Shown: piece by piece, positions 25,120 to 38,338 of the stretch
Layout: every line of letters starts with the position of its first letter
Position numbering within the stretch: the stretch's first letter is position 1
Position numbers and translations under genes: made by a program
Notes under the pieces: model-generated
Told to the model about the DNA's origin: nothing
Databases searched by the model: none
Seen by the model: the letters and a program-made list of their open reading frames with translations, nothing else
Assembly: GCF_009914755.1 (NCBI RefSeq)
Contig: NC_060942.1
Strand: one strand, 5' to 3'
Origin: the human T2T-CHM13v2.0 reference genome, Homo sapiens
Length of the DNA stretch: 64,000 nt

Positions 25120-25345
25120 TGGTAATAAAAATAGGTGACCTATAACAAATGCTAAGAGCTAGTCACTGTGCTAAGGTGCTTCAAATGCAGTATCTCACTT
25201 AATTCTCACAATGATTTGATGAAGTGAATAGTAGTAATATCCCAAAGCAGGAAATGGAGTCACACACACATTAATTTCCCCAAGATGAAACAGGCTACAA
25301 GTGGCTAAATGAATTCAGACACTGCAGCCTGGCTTCACGATTCCT
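25120..25345 (-). mobile_element. MIR SINE
   Basis: 'cactgtgctaaggtgctt..atctcacttaattctcacaa'. Confidence 0.75.
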
Positions 25346-25630
25346 TCCATTAATCATTATGCTCACCTATTATGATCCTTTAGGGGAATTCTCAAATAAA
25401 AGCTCCAGTTTACTCTCCTATTCTATCATGGAACATTACAAACGAGGACTGTGTTGGGGACCAGAAGATATTAGCAATTGTTTACCCCCATCTTTCATTT
25501 AAGTACTTCTAATACAATATAGGGGGAAGTTTGTGTTGACCAAAAAGATGATCTTATGCTGGGTTATAAGCTCTTTTCAAGAGGAACCTGAAAATGGCAG
25601 CCAGGCAGATGAGTGGCTCTCACTCTGGAA

Positions 25631-25829
25631 CAGTGCTGTCCAATTGAACTTTCTGTGATGATAAAAATGTTCTAAGTCTACGCTGTCCACATGTACTGTT
25701 GAGTGCTTGAAATGTGCCTAGTGAAAACTGCAGACTTGAATGTTTAATTTACATAATTTTACTTGATAAAATTTAAATGCAAGAAGCACCATGTGGCTGA
25801 GGACGAGCAGTGTACACCACACAGCACAG
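25631..25829 (+). mobile_element. MER3 (hAT-Charlie)
   Basis: cagtgctgtccaattgaactttctgtgatgat ... acagcacag. 8-bp TSD ctctggaa/ctctagaa. Confidence 0.88.
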
Positions 25830-26299
25830 CTCTAGAACCCTGAGGCTCAGGAAGGGCTTCCAAGCCCATCACCAGCATCCTCAATTTGCATGGCATCAAC
25901 TACAGAAACTCTGACAGTAACAAAAGAGTGGGGCAGAAAAGTTGTTCCAACAATCATGAAATAGGAGGTGGACCCTCTCCAAAGTGCTTATGGCTTTTAG
26001 GAAACACACCCACACACTCCTGTCTCACCGATTTTCATAACTTTTCTCCCAAGATGATACTAGTGCTACCAGTAATATCTCTGGAAATGCCCCCAATGCA
26101 ATGGTTTCCAAGCCACATTCTTCACCCTAGAGCCTGCCACAGTGTTTCAGAGGCTCTACAAACATTTAATTTGAATTGCACTTTTAAATATGTTTAGCCA
26201 CTCTTAAACAGTAAACTAAAACATTCAAGTGATGTGAACAAATTTGATACTTCTACCTATAGCCTGATGCTATCAGGTTAATTTGTTTTTATGCCAACT

Positions 26300-26740
26300 T
26301 TATAGACCCTCTTCTGTGGTCATCTCCTGGGCAATGGAGAATATTCTAAAGTTACAAAGTAAAATGTCATTACAAAACAAAAACCTTACCATTTCCCTCT
26401 ACTTACATGTATGAATCAGAATTTTCTCCATACTTTGTAACCAAAACAAACAAAAAAACATAAGTAGAGAGGGAGGAATTGGGTAATGAGGCTCTTATAA
26501 TGTGGCAGCAGTTATCACAATTTCAACTTTTTTGTGCAACCAAACATCCTGAGAATTCTCTTTGAGTGCCTTTTAAATAAATTAATTTTAAAATTATACT
26601 TGCATAATTTGTAAATTACAAAACAAATTTGAGGTATTCAAATGTTGCTTTTGCTACTTTGTATACTTATGTGCCAAGTAATGTTTTATTTGGAAAATAA
26701 AATGTTTCATTGCTTAACGAAAGAGTTTGAAAACCAATAG
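26300..26740 (+). mobile_element. hAT-Charlie 3' fragment with transposase remnant
   Basis: 26386-26427 translates LPFPSTYMYESEFS (Charlie-type LPFxSTYLCExGFS motif). TIR-like 'gtttgaaaaccaatag' at the end. Confidence 0.7.
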
Positions 26741-29337
26741 GTATAAAGATGAGGTGTCCAGTAAATGCTAAGTGGACCACCTCACTTCTCTATTGAAGGA
26801 TTCTTTCCATTCACCCCTCTTGAGGTATGTCTGTCCTGGTTGAGGTAGGATAGAGAAGTGATAATATATTAAATTTCAACCCCACTAGGAGACAGGCCAT
26901 GTGATACTAATTAGCAACATCTTGTCAGTGATGCTGAATCCAAGCATGGAGGACTTTATTTGACCTTATAAAGAGTCTGACTGTGTGTGGCCATTCAGCA
27001 TCTTCAGGAAGGGTGCATCTTAAATACTAGCAGACTATTACTAAAAATCAACAGCACCTACCCCATGGACAGAGTGCCGAAATGCCTGTGAGTTGTTGCT
27101 AGGAGAAGGACTTTGTCTAACGATGCCTCTCTCTCATCCTGCTTATTTCTACTTCCTTACCTTTAGAACTAATTTTCCTCTCGGGACCATACCCAATTTC
27201 AGTGCCTGCCTGAAATTTTTACATTGATGAATAACTGTGACAATTGTTGTTGCATTTTTAAACATACACAAAAAGTGAGGCCAGCAACATTGAGACTGCA
27301 GTTGGATATCAATATTTTAAAGTACTACACGTTCCAACCGGGACTTCATCTGGTGGATGTCTGTGAAAATCAAGAACTGATTGGAAAATGCCACTGGTAA
27401 AGAACTTGAGAGTGAGGATCCAGAAGGATGCAATAGAGACCCCCAGGAGGGAAATACACTTAACTATGGTTCATCTGTGTGAGCAAACCCTCCAACAGGA
27501 TTATTTCTTCTGCTTATTTGATCCTTGTCCACACTTGCTTATTGTAGGATAATTTCTCTAACCACCTTTTCTCCCACAACGCCCTGAAAAAAAAGAAAAA
27601 GGGAAAAAAGCCTGCTTTATTTTACAGCTAATTTGCTGTAAGCACATAGCCCAGCTGCTCACAATGAAGTAAAAGAGGAAATGGGAACAGAGGGAACCTT
27701 CTAATGAAGGAGGGTGGGGGAGCAGCAAGGAGATGGAAGAATAGGCTAGGTGCTATTTGTATGATTAAAGGCAAGCAAAAAAACAGGCATAAGCAGATAT
27801 GTTCATCTTGAGCCTAGGAAGAGAGAAAATAAAAAATAAAAATTACTGAAGAGCAAATAATTTGTTCAATATGGTGTTTTAACTGGCCAAAAGAAATCTC
27901 TCCCACCTTTCTGTTATATGAAGTTGTGTTTCGGATGTTGCTCTTGAATGTGTGTTATTATTGGTCCATTGTTTGTAGACAGGAGATAATTCTAAAATCA
28001 GATATTAAAATTTGCAATTCTGTAAGGAAGGAAAGTACAGAGAGGTGGATTTGATTGATACAATGCAGAAAGATTTAAATGAAATAATTTAGGGACCATT
28101 GGGAAAATGGCATCCTAAATTTCTGTGTTAGCAGGCTGCAAGCTTCGTTCTTACAAAATATTTATTTTTAAAAAATAGTAATGATCACATTCTTTATTGC
28201 ATCCTCCATCCTCTCCTCTTTCTGCCAACTCAGCATTCACACCCTCCCCATCAGCAAGACCTCCCCTGACTCTTTCCCCTGGAGACCACATCAGAAGGGA
28301 TCATGTTTTATACTTGTGTACTTTTTCAAGCTGCAGAATATGATATTCATATGGAAATGAATTTTCTGAAATTTTAGCCCTCGTTCTTTAATAGTGTAAC
28401 CCGTTGTGGGGGGAGGGGAAGGACAGCTTATGAGCCAGAGGAGAAAATAAATAGGTTTAATATTCAGCTTTATATAAATGTACTGAATTGGTCTGTATGA
28501 TAATAGTGCCAAAATAATTAATTTGAGTCTGGCCCTTCTCATTTGTTAGGGAGAGCAGGTTGCTGTGGTCTAAGGCCTCTGTGAAACCATAAAAGAATCG
28601 GCCCATCATCACTTTCAGCTCAGGGCTCCTCTTGTGTCTTCCCCTGGTGAAGGCTGAGGCCTCATTTCCTCTGGCCCAGCTGGGGGTTCTGTTTGGCTGG
28701 CCTCAGAATCCTCATTCTGAGAATTGTTTCAGCACCAAGGGAGCTTCTTGTCCCACCTCATATCCTGTAGCATTTTTTTTTTTTTTTTTTTGCCTGCTGA
28801 TCTTCAGAAGAAACTAACATTTGTAGTTGCTATTTGATCACAGTGAAAAGGAATTCCTCATGCCTAGGTTTTAATTCCACTTAGTAACCTGGAATAATGT
28901 TTTAAACCTCATGGTTGCTGACAACTCTTGCAGAACACTAGTGAACAGAGCACTCACCTTGGCACAACGAGATAAGAAAAAGTCCCCTGAAATCTGAAAA
29001 TAAATAATAGAAAACTAACATGGACTCTATAAAACTAATACAGCTTTGGGTAGCCTACATGCCCAAATAGACACTCGCAAATCGGCATACAGGACATCCC
29101 TAGATCCAAGTCCAGGAATGAGAAAATAATACAATAATTTTTAAAAAGCCAAAAATATACTTCTCTTAGATTTGAAAAACTTTGAGCTTTCACAATGGAA
29201 ATTTATTTTTAAAGAACAGTCATTGATGGAGAAGAGGGAAAGACTAAAACTTGTTTTGGAGCTTAATAAAATGTAGATGGGGGGTCAGGAGAAGGATAAG
29301 TTATTCTGTTTTTTTAGTTTGCTGTCTATAATTTTCT

Positions 29338-29668
29338 TGTTTTGTTTCTTTTCTTTTCTTTTTTCTTTTCTTTTTTTCTTTTTTTTGAGACGGAGTTTCT
29401 CTCTGTTGCCCAGGCTGGAGTGAAGTGACACAATCTCAGCTCACTGCAACCTCTGCCTCCAGGTTTCAAGTGATTCCCTTGCCTCAGCCTCCTGAGTAGC
29501 TGGGACTACAGGTGCCAGCCACCACATTCAGCTGATTTTTGTGTTTTTGGTAGAGATGAGGTTTCACCATGTTGGCCAGGCTGGTCCCAAACTCTTGACC
29601 TCAGGTGATCCACCCGACTCGGACTCCCAAAGTGCTAGGATTACAGGCGTGAGCCACTGCACCTGGCT
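29338..29668 (-). mobile_element. AluS (Sx-like)
   Basis: Full antisense Alu. TSD gctgtct(at)aattttct on both sides with a 2-nt indel. Confidence 0.95.
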
Positions 29669-29968
29669 GCTGTCTAATTTTCTCAGCACTCGGGCACCTG
29701 AAACTCTCTCAGTGTACTTGCCCAAATGGTAATGGACCCCTTCTATATACATGAGCAGGAGAGCTGGAAAAATGCTACAATCTAATAAGGAAGGGGACAA
29801 CAGAGCACTAGATAACTGTGAAAGGAATGAGGAATTGCTCTCTGTAATATCAGGGAGTGATCTCTAGGATATATTTTATTGAGTGAAAAAAGTTAAGTGA
29901 AGAAAAGGGCAGTTGGCGACTGTGTATCTAAGTAATGGGAAGAGGAAATGTAGCTATAAATAACTATA

Positions 29969-30283
29969 CAGTCATGCATCACTTGATGACAGAGATGTGT
30001 TCTGAGAAACACATCATAGGCTATTTTGTCGTTGTGTGAACATCATAGAGTACACTTACACAAACCTAGATGGTATATATCTTTTTATGTGTATATATTT
30101 TTTCATATGGAAATCCAAATGTACTAGCACAATGGTGCTGAATATCAGTTATTTCCCCTAGCAATGCCAATATCAAGTGCCATGTATCAACTTGTTACAT
30201 GTGTTCCCTTATACTCTTATGGGACTACCATCATATATGCAGTCCACTGTTGACCTCAACGCCATTATTCAGGACATGAGATT
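29969..30283 (+). mobile_element. Tigger3-family MITE (TcMar-Tigger)
   Basis: ta|cagtcatgcatcactt..ttctgagaaa..acacttacacaaacctagatgg ... cttatgggactaccatcatatatgcagtcc..gttgacc..catga. Confidence 0.85.
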
Positions 30284-30324
30284 AATAAATGTACATATAT
30301 GTGTAAATAAATATTATTGTCATC

Positions 30325-30395
30325 AGAGGTGATTTTGCCTCCCAGGGGATATTTGGCAATGTCTGGAGGCATTTTGAATTATCACCACTAAGGGA
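30325..30395 (+). mobile_element. MER20 fragment
   Basis: 'ggtgattttgcctcccaggggatatttggcaatgtctggagg'. Confidence 0.85.
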
Positions 30396-32119
30396 AGATA
30401 CCTTAGTTGTGATACCTTGTGCTTATATCTTGTTTTGAAGGTTAGACTTTGAAATCATGTAAATATTTTACATAATTACCATGAAAATTAACTTGTAAAC
30501 AGAAAAATCATAAACAAAATTAAACATATGAATCCATGTTTGACCAGGTAGCATAACCACATGGAGAGGAATCAGTGACTTTAAAACACAGATGTTGACC
30601 ATACAGCCTAATGGGAAAAACTCTAAAGACAAAAGAGCTGCAAAATTATCTTAATCTCATTTCAGCCATACCTTTTATGACTGTCTTGGTATTTTGTTCT
30701 AAAACTGTTTTGTGTATATTACAGGATAAAATGACCAATTATTTGGTGTTATTGAAAATCAGGATGTAGGTATAAGAGAAAGAGATACAGACATAATAGA
30801 GAAGGTAAGTAAAAATACTTTAGTCCTGAATTTGCATTGGAAAAATCTGTATAAAAATCACAGTGTACTAAAAGATGTTTATTTTCTGCCTCTGCCCACT
30901 GAAAAGGCCTAGAAATTATAATAAGCATAGCACCAATGTGCATCCTTAGACATGCAAATTATGATCTCTAGATCCCATGTTCTGGGAGAAATAGGTGATT
31001 TCAGGTCTGAGGAAAAAATATACAAGATAAGGGTGGAACATTCTGTCATAGCAGAAATCAAGGAAGTTATTAAAGCTACTACTGTTATGTTAAAAAGTTC
31101 AAAAGCCAACTTGAAGAGCCTCCACTGGCCAACCTTGGCACAATTAGAACATAAATAATAGTTACAATAGATTGAAACATTTCAAAAATATTTAATTCCA
31201 TGAATTTATATTTTGTCAAAATATGAACTTTGCAGAATACTAAAGAACCAAAGTATTATTGCTTCATTTCCTTTGCATAATACTAAAGAACCAATGAATC
31301 GCTCTGGAAACTAATAAATAGCAAAACATTAAGCATTCATACTGGTATTCCTATGTAAACGGTACATCTGGGTAGCCAAATAGTTCATGAAGTAAAGTTT
31401 CTCTCTGTAGATATATTTCAGATAATTATTAATTAACAAAGTAACATACAACTAGAATATTGTTGTCCCTAGTGAATCAATTATAATTACAGACAATTGA
31501 AAAACTTCAGCAGATATTTGAAGCTATTAAAGACATTCGTAATTCCTTAGGTTGATAATGATATTATTAGGTTTTTTTCTTTAAAAGTCCTCTATTTTAG
31601 AGTTTCATGCTAAAATGTTTATGGAAGAAATATGTGATGTTAGTGATTTGTTCAGAAATAATCCATTGAGGGGAATGGGTACACACAGTTGAAACAAACT
31701 TGGCCAATATTGATAATCACTGGAAGTCAGTGATGAGTATTTATGGGTTTGTTACACTTGTCTCTCCATTTTCATATAAAATTTGAAATTTTTATGATGA
31801 AATGTTCTTGAAAACTTAAAAATGAATAAAAGTTTTAAAAAGGAATGGATGTCCCTTAATTTCTCAATATATCAGGAATATTTTACAGCAGTCTTTCTGA
31901 TGAAGATGTGATTGCAGAAAACATACTTTGGGAACATATTTTGTAAGAGTCTTAAGAACATTATCAAAGAAGTTAGCTTCCTCTCCACTCTGCAGACCTT
32001 ATGCCCACCCATCCTAACCCCATAAAGAATCTTAGTAAGAAGTTATCTTCCTTCCCCATGCAGGTAACTTCCCATTCACCCTGGGAACATCTCATTCTGA
32101 TGGATGCTACAAAGAAGAT

Positions 32120-32658
<539 letters not shown>

Positions 32659-32747
32659 TAATGAACCCATACTTAATTGTGCTGTTTGGGCTAAATTTCT
32701 CCTGTCCCCAAGCCCATAAAACTATTTTATCATTTCCTATGCTGACA

Positions 32748-32925
32748 ATCATGAAACTTAAGTGTGCATCAGAGTTACCCAGGGAGTTTGTAGATTCCTG
32801 GGCAGAATCAGAATCAGAATCAGAAGAGATTCTGACTTCATGGATCTAGAAACAGGGCCAAGGAGTCTGCATTTAGCAAGAGATTCTGATGGAGATGGTC
32901 TGAGAACAAAGCTTGGAAGAACACT
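32748..32925. mobile_element. MER5-family element with internal (CAGAAT)n slippage
   Basis: 'aaacttaagtgtgcatcagagttacccaggg', 'gattctgacttcatggatct..gggccaaggagtctgcattt'. Confidence 0.75.
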
Positions 32926-34332
32926 CCTCAAACCCATCACACTCTTCAACTTCAAACATGTTATAATATGATCCTAGACTCTTTGGTTCCTGGGAATACA
33001 TGACTTTAAATGAGTAGATAGTTACTCAACTTCTTCAGAAAGTCTTTTTGTCCCGTTCTCTCTTCCCCCAGAATAACATATAATCATCATTATCATCCTA
33101 GTAATAACGAGTGCACTAGAACCAATGTTCTGAGACATATAAAGGCCATGCCACCATTCACATGCCTTTCTTGAGACTGGCCACAATGAGTTGAATTTAA
33201 AATTACAGAAGCTCAGGGTTGTAATTTACCATTAAGATGGGCAGTTTAATCCTTTCAGTTCAGCTAAATATCTATCATAACTGAACGTTCCCCAAGTGCC
33301 AGGTATTGTAACACAAAGATGAACAGGACACAGGCCTTCCTTTGGAAACTTTGTTTAGAAGTTTCTCAGTGATCATGACCTAAGCTGAGCTTTGAAGTCA
33401 GCTACACAGTAGAGAGGGGAATTTCTCTGGTGAACACACAAAGCAGCAAAGCCCCAGAGAGGCCCGGTGACCTGCCCATGGTCATGCAGCTATCTTGTTT
33501 CAAGCAGCTCACTGTAAGAATGAGCTCAGTTTCTTAAAGATGTACAATGTCGAGGCCTGGAGGAATTAAATAATTTACCTGAGAGCCTTCAAGACTTCTG
33601 CAGCCTCCCCCAGGGACTCCAGTTTACAGTACATAACTCTTCCCACAATCCAATTCATTTTTGCTTAGGATTTATCAGCCACAAAAATGGGTTTAACCTT
33701 TTGAGCTTCAGTTTGGCACCTCCTGCATTTCCACCCTCAAATGCTGTCTCCCACCCCATCTGGCTGTGGCAAGACTCCTTCAAAGACCAGACATCTCTAA
33801 AATTAGGCATCGGCTGAGATTTATGCTGATTCTCTTGATTCAGTCCAGACTTGTCAACTTCCCTGGAAGCAAGCAGAATGTTCCATAAATTACTGCAGCC
33901 TTTTACCCACCAAACTATTTTTAAAGGGTGGTCTATATCAAATGCAATTAAATCTGAATTGTTGCCTCAATAACTCTGCCTTCTTTCTTTTCCCATTCGC
34001 TTATATGCTCAAGTGTATTCAGCTTGCAATACATTAAGAGCTCAGTTCATCACTTTTGTCAGCCTCTGGAGAAATGCTAACAGCAGTGGCACTTTCTGTC
34101 TCCCGTGGTGTGGAAACAAAGTCTCAGGACACCTCATCTTAACATGCACTCTGGTTACACATGTCACACTGATTCTGAGTCCAGAAAATGTTCTGGTGCT
34201 AATTAACAGAGATGCCCAAGGAATTAAACTCAGAGGAAGTTCTAGGACCCAAGGGCTCAACCAGGTCTTAATGTCTCCATCAGTTTCAAGGATACTCACT
34301 TGCACTCTGGTGAGTCCCCCATTACCCGACTA

Positions 34333-34905
34333 TGATGTAGCTACTGGACTCCATGCCTGCCCTGAACTAAGCCTCGATTTCCCACCTCTCCGGAGTTCTT
34401 CCCTGCACAGGTAGAAGTGAGGCAATGCTGAAGGAGGGGTCCTGAAAGCCCTTTCCCCTTTCTCCCCTGCAATCATCCCAAAAGGCAGAGAATAACTAGG
34501 ATTACATCTCAATGAGAGAGGATGTGTTTAAGGAGGCATCTGAGTCCATTTTTGTTGTTTGCTGGCAGCTTTTAAACTTCATGCCTCCCTCATCCAGTGG
34601 TGCCCCACATCTGAGCAAGCTGATAAGAAAGTTGGGGTGCTCCCTCTCTGGACTCCTGGGAACTCTCACCCCAGCCCCACCCATTAACCACAATAAAAAC
34701 ACAAGCCAGTCTCCTTTCCTTGCTCAATGACTTGGGAAGTCACTTCAGACTTCTCTGTGTTGCCTGCCTTGCTCTTCCAAGAGACCTCAATTATGTAAGT
34801 AATAAATTGTTCGTATCCTCTTGGTGTGCATGAGGCATCATCGATCTTGATATCCAGACCAAATTTTAGGCGGGGGCCCATCTGCTTCTGCAGGTAGCCA
34901 GAACA
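34333..34905 (+). mobile_element. ERVL LTR of the MER54/MER73/MER74 group
   Basis: 3' part 'aataaa..cctcttggtgtgcatgaggcatcatcgatcttgatatccagaccaaattttagg..tgcttctgc..aaca'. The start is approximate. Confidence 0.65.
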
Positions 34906-35554
34906 ATATGTTTTTCCTCCCTGTTGAGACCACAGTCCCTCCAAAGCAGGTCAGTAAAAGAAGCAAAGACCCTGGGGCCTCCCTCACTATGGCTGGAAAC
35001 CTGAACGCGTCCCCCCATCTGGCTGATGCCTGAAGAGGCCTTGGGACACTGTTGCTCCTGCAACACATTGGCCAGAGACCAAACTCTTGCCCTGGCTATA
35101 ACCACTTCAGCAATTATCCACCTAAGTCCTGCCACTTAATTTTTCTCTAAGTTGGAAACCATCTATATACCACATCTCTCTCTCCTGCCACCTCCAGCCC
35201 AGCCCTGTGACTAGCTCAGTGTGAATTCATAAGATGTCCTTTCTTGAGATACTTTATTGCCATCTACCAGAAAAAAGTGGTAATAGCTATTGAAATCTGT
35301 GGTTATTGAAACACGAGTGGCTCCCCCTGGAGTTGTGCAATTCATAATCTACAAAACCATAAGCAGAGGCCCTGTTCCCACCAAAGCTATTCCTAGTCCT
35401 TTCCTGAATTTCAGCAGAAACATGAGCTCATCCCAAACAAGGCAGCCTGGCAGATTCCAGCTTTCTTGCCACGTCAATGTCAGCAGCCCTCATATTGGAG
35501 GAAGGTGGCTGATGGTATACCTTCTGCATCCCTTGACTGACAGTTCATCGTCCC

Positions 35555-35780
35555 TTAGTTCTTCTCCATGGAAACTACTGGTGTTTTCAGTGGGACAATT
35601 CTTTGTTGTATGTGACTGTCCCTTGCACTGTGGGACATTTGACACAGCAGCAACCAGGCACAAATACTAGGTGGCTAGGGAATGCCAGTTACTGTGGAAA
35701 CCCAAAGCATCCCCTCACACATTGCCAAATGTGCATTAAGGTGATGGTGCCCCCTGCCCTAACAGTTGAGGAGCACATGG
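35555..35780 (-). mobile_element. MER20/MER20B
   Basis: 'gggacaattctttgttgt..gactgtcccttgcactgtgggacattt', 'cacattgccaaatgt', 'cagttgag'. Confidence 0.75.
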
Positions 35781-36528
35781 TAATCTCTTTGTATCTGCCT
35801 CTGCCTCTAGACTATGCTCTTTAGGAGGGCAGGCATTTTACTTTCCCCAAATCTACCTCCCTACTGCCTAAGCACAGTGCCTCACTAGAGTACCTGTCAT
35901 TTTACCTGAATTGAAAAAGAGCCCTATAGGACTGGCCAGGAGAATTAGCAAATCAGGACATACACCTGTGTGGAGGGCAACTCACACTCTCCTCACCTCA
36001 CTTGCTAGGAAACAGCCCAAGCTAGCTCACCTCTACCAAAACTCAGACTGCCTTGTTCTTTAAACTCTCCTCTTGACTGGAGTGCATCTGCCTATGCCCT
36101 TTGGTGTACTTGTCACCCACAGCAGAAGCGTTGATCACTATAGCCTCTCTCATTCTCTCAATAATTAGTAACAGGTTGCCTTTTCCTCATGCCTAGGGAA
36201 TTGGATAGCAAGTGTCTCCTGCATGGAAAAGGAAGAATAAGATAAAGCATGTGCTGACAAATAGAAATAGTGAATCACTCATTTAAAAAAAATGTGGGGA
36301 GGTGCTGAATCAGGATTTCTGCCTTACATTCTATTGCAGTTGTACAAAGTTCTTCAAGGGATTTCTATATTTATTATCTCAAAAACCTGTGTTGAATAGG
36401 TAGGGCTGGCAGAGGAGGGTTATTTTTCTACCCATCATCCTCGTTCCTTGCTAACTGACCCTAGTTTTGTTCAGATGCCCATTCTCAAGAGAAATGACCC
36501 TATTCCTACCTCGGGGGTAAATCTAAGC

Positions 36529-37150
36529 CAGAGATTGTCCAAGTACAGCCCAAGGCCAAATCTTCTGCTGTGTCACCTGTTTTTGCATGGCCTGGAGCTA
36601 GGAATGTGTGATGGTTCATTTTATGTGTCAACTTGCCTGGGCCATGGTGCTCAGATATTTGGTCAAACATTTTTCTGGAGGTTTCGGTGCAGGTGTTTTT
36701 GGATGAGATTAATATTTAAATTAGTGGACTTTGAATAAAGCAGATTATCCTCCGTAATACAGGGGAGGCTTATGCAATCAGTTGAAGGCCCAAATAGAAC
36801 AAAAGACTCCCCTCCCCTGAGCAAGAGGGAAATCCATCAGTAGACAGCCTTTGGAATTGGACTGCAACATGACTTCTTCCCTGGGTCTCCAGCCCGCCAA
36901 TCCACCCTGCAGATTTTGGACATGCCAGCCCTCCACAACTGCATGAGCTAATTTTTAAAGTCTCTCTCTATATATAGACACATTGGCTTTGGTTCTCTGG
37001 AAAACACGGACACCAGAATGGTCTTTACATTTTAAAATGGTTATATTTTAAATGGTTACATAAGCACCCATATTAATGTCCTCAATTTTGTCTCATGGCC
37101 AGCAAAACCTAAACTATTTACCAGCTGGCCCTTTAAGAAAGTTTGCTGAA
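36529..37150 (+). mobile_element. MER58-family hAT element, split by MLT2
   Basis: Left 'tacagcccaaggccaaatc..cctgttttt..gagctaggaatg'; right 'tttacattttaaaatgg..aaaacctaaactatttaccagctggccctttaagaaagtttgctga'. Confidence 0.75.
36607..37015 (+). mobile_element. MLT2C/D solo LTR (ERVL)
   Basis: Starts tgtgatggttcattttatgtgtcaacttg. Perfect 5-bp TSD gaatg (36602-36606 / 37016-37020). Confidence 0.92.
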
Positions 37151-37361
37151 GTTGATGTCTGTTCAAAGCCAATCATCTCTGTTCTATTCTCTTTGCTAGT
37201 GATTAGCTTACAGATGGCATCTGTCTGGCCAGTCCGATAAGAGGGAAGTTCTTCTAGGGGGCTAGGGGAAAGGCTTATTTGCTTAGAAGAAGGAATAATA
37301 AGATATGAGGGTTGGTGCTGCTGCAGTCATTCTGCAGGCATGAGGTGAGCCTGAGCACATG

Positions 37362-37673
37362 GTCACCTCACTGGAGATACCAAACAGAAAGATGTAAAGG
37401 ATTGCTGATGATATCATGGAGCTCTAGAATTAATACTCTGTCTCATTGCTTCTTATTGTGTCAAACAATGAACTGCCTTAGTGTTTCCATTTCCTTGAGG
37501 CAGAGTTCTTGTTACTTGCAGCTAAACACATCCTGATACTGCAGCTGGAAAGCGAGGGCCAAAGAGGTTTCACTCTTCTTGTTGGTTCCCCCAGATAGTG
37601 AGTGATAGACCTGGAACTAGAAGACTGGCTGCTCTAAACTGAGAACACTTAAGTTTCTGGTTAGACAAAGTGT
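37362..37673 (+). repeat. Local direct duplication, copy 1
   Basis: Aligns end to end with 38339-38662, about 28 substitutions by eye. Confidence 0.95.
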
Positions 37674-38338
37674 AGTGTTTTATGAATGAACTGAGACTAG
37701 CTAGGTAGATTCAAGTGATTTCATTCTAGCTGGCGTTTTGAGGGAACTGTTTCATAACAAAGACTATACCCACCACCCACCTTTCTTGCATTTACTTTAT
37801 TTTTTGTTAAATATTTAAGGGACCAATCATTGATATTTTCCCAAGAAAAAAGAGTCTTAGAAAAATACCAACAGTACAGTACACATACAAACAGGAGGAA
37901 ATCTGTATCCCTGGCCCGGCCATTCTGGGTTTTTGTTGTAGTTGCTCTTTGTTTGTTTGTTTATTTTTTTTCATTACTAGGACAAAGAGTTTAATTTCAC
38001 TAGCTACTACTGTGTGAATGTTCTAACAGGAGAGATTTTCTTCCTTGTTCTCTTATACTATGCAAATAGTCATTTTTATGCTACAAGGTCATACGCTTGC
38101 CAGCTGGTTAACCTTCACTGCGGCCCCTCTAGTGGTCCCTGTTCCTATTGTGCCCATTTCACAGATGGAACAAAAGAGGTTAAATGACTCTCCCCAGACT
38201 ACAAAGTATAGCTCACTGCAGCCAATATCACATAGAGAATAGAGATGATTACTGCATCTCTCAAGCCGAAGCTCTCTTTTGGGTGCTGTTCCTCAGATAA
38301 TTGCCTCCTGCCCCCCCAATATGTGTGTCTATAAGTGT

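Larger units (their letters stand above)
29800..31830 (+). mobile_element. Old L1M (L1MC4-like) 3' region, interrupted by Tigger3 and MER20
   Basis: 'aaaggcctagaaa', 'ggaacattctgtcatagcagaaatcaaggaag', 'agccaacttgaagagcctccactggcc' and the terminal 'aatttgaaatttttatga' are typical of L1MC 3' UTRs. Confidence 0.7.
36400..37540 (+). mobile_element. MLT1K/L-like LTR, interrupted by MER58 and MLT2
   Basis: 5' 'ttccttgctaactgaccctagttttgttcag'; 3' 'ttgttacttgcagctaaacacatcctgatac'. Confidence 0.65.

Noticed and set aside
38119-38137. CTCF-like motif (minus strand CCACTAGAGGGGCC)
   Set aside because: It mismatches the conserved GGC(A/G) end of the core, and one imperfect hit is expected by chance.
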